64,000 nt of DNA from an uncultured Acutalibacter sp. Its GTDB lineage: Bacteria; Bacillota; Clostridia; Oscillospirales; Acutalibacteraceae. Both the position numbers and the translations under genes were made by a program. A model generated the notes under the pieces. It ran no database searches. It saw only the letters and a list, made by a program, of their open reading frames with translations, and had not been told where the DNA came from. Below are positions 58,006 through 64,000 of the stretch, in pieces (position 1 is the first letter of the stretch; each line of letters opens with the position of its first letter). Location: the NCBI GenBank assembly GCA_964525985.1, contig CAZGLW010000002.1, positions 3,281 to 67,280 of the forward strand, read 5' to 3'.

Positions 58006-58034
58006 TTGACAGGGTGTTTTTTGTCGGGTATAAT
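58006..58034 (+). promoter_or_regulatory. Consensus sigma-A promoter
   Basis: TTGACA-17-TATAAT. Confidence 0.8.
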
Positions 58035-58068
58035 GTTTGAAATTTACCCCAAAAAAGGAGGGAACCCT

Positions 58069-58845
58069 GTGCTTTGTAACGAATTCGACCCGGAGAGGAA
58101 AGCTGTGATAAACCCGGAGGACCATTTAGGACCCATGCCCGGCTTTCCGGAAATCTGTATCGGCATTTTTTCCGATGTGATTCTCAGGGAACTGGTGGGG
58201 AAATACCGGGGAGAACCGCTCTGCGAACTTAATACCTGTTCCGGCAATATGCCGGTGTACCGGCTGACGGCGGAGGGTGCGGAGATTGCCTTGATGCTGC
58301 CTTTTGTGGGAGGGCCGTTGGCAATCGCATGTATCGAAGAAATTTTCCCCAGGGGCGGGAAATACTTTGTATTTGCCGGAGTTGCGGGAGTCCTGCACCA
58401 CGACATCGCCGACGGGCATTTGATTGTTCCCACGGCCGCCGTGCGGGACGAAGGGCTTTCCTACCATTATCTGCCCCCCGCTGACGAAGTGTCTCTGGAG
58501 CCGGAAAACGTGGAGGCCTGCCGCCGGGCCCTGGACACCCTGGGTCTGCCCTGGACAGAGGGCAAGACCTGGACCACAGACGCTTTTTACCGGGAGACCC
58601 GGGAAAAGATGAAGCGCAGAAAAGAGCAGGGCTGCGTCTGCGTGGAGATGGAGTGCGCGTCTCTGGCGGCGGTGGCAAAGTTCCGGGGCGTGCGGTTCGC
58701 CCAGTTTTTCTGGGCCGGGGACAACCTGGACGCGCCGGAATGGGATGAACGGAGCCTTTCCGGCCGAGGGGCAACTATTGGAGAAAAGGTATTTGCCGCC
58801 GCGGTGGAGACCGGGAAGAATATGCAAAAGCTGGGAGGAATTTAA
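58069..58845 (+). CDS. Nucleoside phosphorylase (PNP/UDP family)
   Basis: AVRDEGLSYHY, WTTDAFYRET, VEMECA; GTG start with GGAGG RBS. Confidence 0.9.
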   Translation: MLCNEFDPERKAVINPEDHLGPMPGFPEICIGIFSDVILRELVGKYRGEPLCELNTCSGNMPVYRLTAEGAEIALMLPFVGGPLAIACIEEIFPRGGKYFVFAGVAGVLHHDIADGHLIVPTAAVRDEGLSYHYLPPADEVSLEPENVEACRRALDTLGLPWTEGKTWTTDAFYRETREKMKRRKEQGCVCVEMECASLAAVAKFRGVRFAQFFWAGDNLDAPEWDERSLSGRGATIGEKVFAAAVETGKNMQKLGGI

Positions 58846-58848
58846 AAT

Positions 58849-59676
58849 ATGGCGACGCTTGCCACTTTTTATGATCATATCAAAGACATCGCCGGTCAGG
58901 AAAAAATGTCTCTTACCGAAACCATGCGGGAGGTCAGGGACTGCGGAATTGACAGCCTAGAAATTTCCCAGAACAACCTGATTGGCCGGGAGGAGGAAGT
59001 GGGCAATGAACTGGCCTGCGCCGGCCTGGATATTTCCAGCATTCCCGCCTATTTTAACTTTGGCCGGGACGAGGATGTGGACATGCAGAGCGAGCCCACT
59101 CTGGAGGCGGCACGGTTTTTGGGAGCCGGGAAAATGCTGGTGATCCCCGGTTTTTTCTCCCCAGAGGACAATGAGGCTGAACGGGCGCGCCAAATGGGGC
59201 AGATCGTCCAGTGCATCAACCGGCTGGCGGACAAGGCCGCGGGGTACGGGGTCTCTTTGATTATGGAGGATTTCGACAACGCCCTGTCCCCCTGCGCTAC
59301 GGCGGAGCAGCTTCGTTTCTTTTTGGACCGGTGCCCCGGTCTTTCCGTCTGTTTTGACACCGGGAACTTCCGGTTCAGCGCTGAGGACCTGATGGAAGAT
59401 TATGGGCTTTTGAAGGACAGGATCGGCCATGTGCATCTAAAGGATCGGGCGTTTTCTTCTCTAAATGGTGAAAAGCCCTTGACCGCTCTGGACGGGAAGG
59501 AGCTTTTCCCCTGCCCGGTAGGGGGCGGAGACCTGGACATCGTCGGGGTCATTTCCCGGCTGAAGAGGGACGGCTATGACGGAGTTTATACTATCGAGCA
59601 TTACGGCGCGGCTAAAATGCTGGACTGTGTAAAACAGTCCGCCCGGTGGGTGAAAAAGCAGTTGGGAACCGTCTGA
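58849..59676 (+). CDS. Sugar phosphate isomerase/epimerase (TIM barrel)
   Basis: MEDF, FDTGNF, HVHLKDR, TIEH. Confidence 0.88.
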   Translation: MATLATFYDHIKDIAGQEKMSLTETMREVRDCGIDSLEISQNNLIGREEEVGNELACAGLDISSIPAYFNFGRDEDVDMQSEPTLEAARFLGAGKMLVIPGFFSPEDNEAERARQMGQIVQCINRLADKAAGYGVSLIMEDFDNALSPCATAEQLRFFLDRCPGLSVCFDTGNFRFSAEDLMEDYGLLKDRIGHVHLKDRAFSSLNGEKPLTALDGKELFPCPVGGGDLDIVGVISRLKRDGYDGVYTIEHYGAAKMLDCVKQSARWVKKQLGTV

Positions 59677-59746
59677 AACTGAGAAGGCTGTTTTACCGCC
59701 TGGAAAAGGATAAAACCCCTGGAAGGATAAACATCATTATTGGAAA

Positions 59747-59773
59747 GGGCTCCCATGATCTCATGGGAGCCCT
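59747..59773. terminator. Hairpin between convergent genes
   Basis: GGGCTCCCATGA-TC-TCATGGGAGCCC. Confidence 0.7.
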
Positions 59774-59790
59774 TGTGATTTGGGGCTTGT

Positions 59791-60534
59791 TCAGATATAT
59801 TTGGAAATGTCCGTAACAAAGGCATATGGCTCCGCCCACATTTTAATGAGGGCCGCCGCCAGCAGCGCCCGGGAATCAATAAGATATGCGTTAGCGTTCA
59901 AAAGCTTTCCCCTGCGGATATCGGGATATTCCAAAATGTCTTCGATTCGCTGGAATTCAGAACCCCAGCCGAAATCATCCCCGCCGACGTACCGCCGCTT
60001 TTTCCCGTTGACCACCCGCTCCGTTTCATCGGAGAAGCGGATATAGGGCGGCTTGAGGATGGTTTCGATCCCATGCATAAAGGTGCAGGAATGCAGGATA
60101 TCGCCGATAAACAGAAATTTTCCGTTATAATTTGGCAGCAGCATAAACGGGGAATGGGGCCCCACGGCGGTATCGTCCATTGCATGGCCCACTGTAAGGG
60201 TATGAGCCAGCTTTCCCTTCGCACACACGGAGTGCGTGGGGTTTACGCTTCGCTCCACACCGGGCATGTGAAAAAACACCCGGGGCAGCAGCCCGATACA
60301 TGGCTCTGTGGTCTCGCTGTCAAATACCGGGTTTTCCTCCGTCACATTCTCATAGGTAAGGGCTGGGAACAGCAGTGTTCCGTCCTCTCCCACCGCGGCT
60401 TCCAGCTCCTGGATGACCTCCTCTGGGGAAAGCGTTGTCCCCAATGCTTTCATAGAGGAATGTACCAGGAGAACGTCGCCTGCAGTTACGCCCAGCGCCC
60501 GCAGGTTCTGTCTGAATCTTTCGTTTTCGTTCAT
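59791..60534 (-). CDS. AAC(3)/YokD-family N-acetyltransferase
   Basis: GDVLLVHSSMKALG, GTLLFP, RSVNPTHS, CTFMHGIE. Confidence 0.9.
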   Translation of the reverse strand: MNENERFRQNLRALGVTAGDVLLVHSSMKALGTTLSPEEVIQELEAAVGEDGTLLFPALTYENVTEENPVFDSETTEPCIGLLPRVFFHMPGVERSVNPTHSVCAKGKLAHTLTVGHAMDDTAVGPHSPFMLLPNYNGKFLFIGDILHSCTFMHGIETILKPPYIRFSDETERVVNGKKRRYVGGDDFGWGSEFQRIEDILEYPDIRRGKLLNANAYLIDSRALLAAALIKMWAEPYAFVTDISKYI

Positions 60535-60732
60535 TGTGCGTTTGCTCCTTTGATGAGTAAGTTTACCGCGGCGACATCAGCATACAAAATTGCGGGAGCA
60601 AAATCCATTGACAATCTGACGAAATATAAAGAGCAAATTTGTGCAGGCCTGCAAAGCGGTTGTTTGATCAGGCGTTTTGCGCTGTCTTGAAGCCGCTGGA
60701 TGTTTTCTTCCTGGAACACCGTGTCCCTCTGT

Positions 60733-62112
60733 CTATCTTCCCTCCGCGGTTTCCAGATGGCTGATCTCTTTTCTGTACAGCCGGGCAAAAAAGATAGCGC
60801 TTACCAGCAAAGATACGGTCTCTGCAATAGGGAAAGCCCACCACACGGCGTTTACATTGTGAGTAACCGCCGCCAGCAGCCAGGCAACAGGCACCAGCAC
60901 TGCCAGCTGGCGCATGAGGGAAACAACAAGGCTGTAAGTGCCGCGCCCAACGGCCTGGAAGAGGGTGGAACTGACGATACCCAGAGCAGCGAACACAAAG
61001 CAGGTACAGATGATGCGCAAAGCCGGTACGCCAATGGAGAGAAGCTCTTGTGAAGCGCTGAAAATAGTCAGCAGCTTGTCGGGCAGCAGCAGGAACACCA
61101 GCATACCGGCCACCATGATACACAGGGCGATTGTACAGCCCTGTTTCATGGCTGAAAGCAGGCGCTTCCTGTTTTTTGCCCCATAATTATACCCCATAAT
61201 AGGCAAAAGTCCCTGGGTCAGGCCGTACACGGGCATAAACACAAAGGACTGCAATTTGAAGTACAAGCCGAACACAGTGTAAGCGGCAGTGGAGAAGCCG
61301 GACAAAATGGCGTTCATGGCAATGTTCATTACCGTGCCGATGGCCTGCATTACGATAGCGGGCAGTCCCACGGAATAAATGTTTTTCACTGTGGGCCAAT
61401 CAAAACGGAAGCCCTTGAAGGTTATCTCGATTTCCTGCTCCCGAAAGACGATGACCACGATGCTGACGATCATAGAAAGGATCTGCCCCGCTACTGTAGC
61501 TATCGCCGCGCCGGTGACTCCCAGAGCGGGCATTCCGAAATAGCCGAAAATTAAAATTGGGTCCAGTACAATATTTGTGACGGCGCCCACCAGTTGGAAC
61601 ACCATAGGCCAGATCATGTTGCCTGTGGCCTGGAGGATCTTTTCCAGCATGACCGCTACAAAGCTGCCGAAGCAGAAGATACAGCAGATGGAAATATACT
61701 GGTCGCCCATCCGGACAATCTCAGGGTCAGATTCAAACATCTGGAAGAATGGGGTGGTGAAAAACGCCCCATATATGGCAAACAACAGCGAGGTGCCTAT
61801 CCCCAGAAGGATCCCGTGGACTGCGGCCGCCCCGGCATCCCGTCTCCGGCCCTGGCCCAGCCGTCTGGAGATCAAAGACGTAACGCCTACCGCCGTACCC
61901 ACGGCAAATGCCACCAGCAGGTTTTGAATAGGGAAGGCCAGCGATACGGCCGCTAAGGCTTTTTCGCTGATCTGCGACACAAAATAGCTGTCCACAATGT
62001 TGTACAGCGCCTGCACCAGCATGGAGAACATGGCGGGCAGAGCCATTGAGAAGATCAGGGGCAGCATTCTTGCCGTGCCCATTTTATTTTCGTTTTTTAC
62101 AGTTTCACCCAT
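60733..62112 (-). CDS. MATE family efflux transporter
   Basis: LYNIVDSYFV, NIVLDPILIFG, GVTGAAIAT, YNYGAKN. Confidence 0.95.
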   Translation of the reverse strand: MGETVKNENKMGTARMLPLIFSMALPAMFSMLVQALYNIVDSYFVSQISEKALAAVSLAFPIQNLLVAFAVGTAVGVTSLISRRLGQGRRRDAGAAAVHGILLGIGTSLLFAIYGAFFTTPFFQMFESDPEIVRMGDQYISICCIFCFGSFVAVMLEKILQATGNMIWPMVFQLVGAVTNIVLDPILIFGYFGMPALGVTGAAIATVAGQILSMIVSIVVIVFREQEIEITFKGFRFDWPTVKNIYSVGLPAIVMQAIGTVMNIAMNAILSGFSTAAYTVFGLYFKLQSFVFMPVYGLTQGLLPIMGYNYGAKNRKRLLSAMKQGCTIALCIMVAGMLVFLLLPDKLLTIFSASQELLSIGVPALRIICTCFVFAALGIVSSTLFQAVGRGTYSLVVSLMRQLAVLVPVAWLLAAVTHNVNAVWWAFPIAETVSLLVSAIFFARLYRKEISHLETAEGR

Positions 62113-62242
62113 TTTACACACCCTAACGCAAGTTTATTCACAATCCATCTTATTATAGCAAGAATCGGGGAAAAGTGAAAGGGGAAAAAGACTTGAAACC
62201 GGCAGAATGGAGATTTATGAGATATTTGCCGCGCCATTTTTA

Positions 62243-62269
62243 TTAGCACTCTCATGCATAGAGTGCTAA
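62243..62269. promoter_or_regulatory. CIRCE element (HrcA operator)
   Basis: Perfect TTAGCACTC-N9-GAGTGCTAA. Confidence 0.95.
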
Positions 62270-62271
62270 CT

Positions 62272-62325
62272 TTTACAAATTATTCATATCAGTATTACAA
62301 ACAATTCACAAACTGGGCATACAAT
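62272..62325 (+). promoter_or_regulatory. Four 11-bp-phased TTHACA-like repeats plus -10 TACAAT
   Basis: TTTACA 62272, TTCATA 62283, ATTACA 62294, TTCACA 62305; TACAAT 62320. Confidence 0.55.
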
Positions 62326-62506
62326 AAAAAAAGAAAAGAGAAAGAAGGTGGGTCCGGTGGGACAACCCAAAACTGCGGCGGTGAAATTGACAATAAAAGG
62401 ATCTAAAGTCCAATGGGCCGCCGGAACCGATTCCCAGTCTACCCCATCGGTATGGTGTTAAAATGGGCGGACATAATAAAATCTAATGATTTTGGAGGCA
62501 TTTACT

Positions 62507-62965
62507 ATGTTTGAACTTAGACCTTATCGCAGACATCAGAATGAAATTGCTTATAATCCGTTCCAGGACATGGACGAATTTGAAAAGAGATTCTTTTCCG
62601 AACCGTTTGGTCCCTTCTTTGGCAGCGGTGATATCGCGGAATTCAAGACGGATATAACCGACGAGGGTGACCATTACGTCTTGGAAGCTGATCTGCCAGG
62701 ATTCGATAAAAAGGACATTCATCTTGACATTTCCGACAGTACGCTGACGATTAACGCCGAACGCCATTCAGAGCACGAGGAGAAGGATAAGAAGGAGAAG
62801 TACGTCCGTGTGGAACGCTCCTACGGGAAGTACAGCCGTCAGTTTGATGTATCTTCGGTCAACACTGAGGGAATCAAGGCAAAGTATGAAAACGGTGTTT
62901 TGAAATTGACTTTACCGAAAAAACAGGAAGAACTTCCTGAGCCCAGACACCTGGAAATTGAATAA
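62507..62965 (+). CDS. Hsp20/alpha-crystallin small heat-shock protein
   Basis: TDI, ADLPGFDKKDI, ERSYG..SRQF, AKYENGVLKLTLPK, LEIE. Confidence 0.96.
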   Translation: MFELRPYRRHQNEIAYNPFQDMDEFEKRFFSEPFGPFFGSGDIAEFKTDITDEGDHYVLEADLPGFDKKDIHLDISDSTLTINAERHSEHEEKDKKEKYVRVERSYGKYSRQFDVSSVNTEGIKAKYENGVLKLTLPKKQEELPEPRHLEIE

Positions 62966-63046
62966 GCGTGGGCGGTGTGTTTTCCACACCGCCCCTACTG
63001 CTGTTAAAGCGAAAACTGCGGCACTGTATCGGGTAAAGCAAAACAG

Positions 63047-63086
63047 AAAAAAGTCCCCGCCTCCATTCCGGAAGCCGGGACTTTTT
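63047..63086. terminator. Bidirectional terminator
   Basis: AAAAAAGTCCC...GGGACTTTTT. Confidence 0.7.
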
Positions 63087-63156
63087 CATTCCGCGCCGCT
63101 GCCCTGGACACATTTTAAAGAACACAGTAGAAGGACTCGAATAGTTGCTGTTTAAC

Positions 63157-63197
63157 GGGGACAACGGGACTCGAACCTGTGACCACCTGCGTGTGAA
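63157..63197 (-). mobile_element. att-like tRNA-Val 3' fragment; probable left edge of an integrated element
   Basis: 38/41 identity to tRNA-Val 31908-31948, starting at the anticodon loop; sequence to the right is AT-richer. Confidence 0.7.
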
Positions 63198-63441
63198 TAA
63201 GCTCAACGCTTTGCGTCTTCGCAGGAGGGTTTCCCCATCAAAAGGAAAGAAAGTGCCAGCCTTTTCTCAATTAGTAGTAGTTCGTAAATCCAACATCTCT
63301 TAATGTCATTCCCGCTTCCTGTTCGATTAATATACCCTATATTTTCGGGCTTGATGGCGCATTTAGCGGAGGGAATAATATAGAGATAGAGGAAAATAAT
63401 AGCGTAACTATTGGAGGGACGGAGCGGGACAAGAAGTAGAA

Positions 63442-63484
63442 AGAAAGCGAGCGATAGCGCACAATGCTCATTCGCTCGCTTCTG
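63442..63484. terminator. Hairpin terminator
   Basis: AGAAAGCGAGCGA...TCGCTCGCTTTCT. Confidence 0.65.
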
Positions 63485-63505
63485 TATTATGTGGGGCTTT
63501 TGTTT

Positions 63506-63874
63506 TTAGTACATGACAGTAACAAGGTTTTTATACATTTCGCCGTCAAGGTCACACAGGGCCTTTGTTCCGTCTTTGAAGATAATGGAGACTGTAAACA
63601 AATTCTTGTTTTTTGCAGAATTTGCCCCAGCGATAGCCCCAACGCCGCCAAGAACGGCAGCACCGACAGCCCCCCGGAGCATCCCGCTACCCATGCCCTT
63701 TGTGGTGTCCTGTCCGATAACCTCATAGCTTTCAACAGTATCTTTGTTTATGTAAATTTTTTGCTTTCCCTTAAAAAAGCCTGCATTGTGCTCAATATAC
63801 AGACCTTTTTTCTTGTTTTTGAAGAAAATAAATCCGTTATAATCGCCAGCCGTGACAGTGTTAGAAATTGTCAT
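63506..63874 (-). CDS. Hypothetical protein typical of prophage/island cargo
   Basis: MTISNTVTAGDY...RGAVGAAVLGGVGAIAG...FKDG; promoter TTGACA-17-TAAAAT at 63934-63906. Confidence 0.7.
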   Translation of the reverse strand: MTISNTVTAGDYNGFIFFKNKKKGLYIEHNAGFFKGKQKIYINKDTVESYEVIGQDTTKGMGSGMLRGAVGAAVLGGVGAIAGANSAKNKNLFTVSIIFKDGTKALCDLDGEMYKNLVTVMY

Positions 63875-64000
63875 ATAAAAGCCCCCTTGCGTATTCGTAC
63901 AGTAAATTTTATCATACCCGCTCGCCGGTGTCAATACAATGTCATTGGCTAAATTAACGACAGTACAATGTGGTTAATGCCAATGCCATTAGCTAAACTA

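Noticed and set aside
59699-59732. Short tandem repeat CCTGGA(A)AGGATAAA x2
   Set aside because: Only two units with no spacer structure or cas genes, so not CRISPR; function unsupported.
31953-63156. Genomic island bounded by the two tRNA-Val copies
   Set aside because: The copies are inverted and the interval contains essential core genes (dnaX, ssrA, secA).

Overview
Mostly core chromosome of a GC-rich, spore-forming clostridial Firmicute. An Oscillospiraceae/Acutalibacteraceae-like gut organism is inferred from gene content. The window holds housekeeping genes (alaS, holA, rnmV, asnA, lexA, mtnN, galT, dnaX-ybaB-recR-smpB, secA, pdp, manA), SRP RNA, tmRNA, tRNA-Val(CAC), sporulation and competence genes (spoIIID, spoIIQ-like, comEC, comF), and a GltD-linked [FeFe]-hydrogenase. 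An AT-rich probable island edge starts at a tRNA-Val 3' fragment near 63.2 kb. The most interesting signals are small and lie outside the standard gene calls. (1) A 63-aa basic ORF has a terminator-like hairpin inside its coding sequence, the signature of ArfA/BrfA-type backup ribosome-rescue factors. (2) A yybP-ykoY (Mn2+)-type riboswitch controls an orphan decarboxylase beta/gamma pair with no alpha subunit nearby. (3) A tandem active plus catalytically dead membrane GH25 muramidase pair sits beside an ECF sigma/anti-sigma. (4) A csRNA-like anti-SD small RNA lies under 11-bp-periodic repeats. (5) A candidate Na+/Li+-type riboswitch precedes a cation antiporter. (6) An FHA-SEDS fusion is paired with a class B PBP. 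(7) An hsp20 promoter combines CIRCE with four phased repeats. All calls come from reading the sequence by eye; no searches were run.
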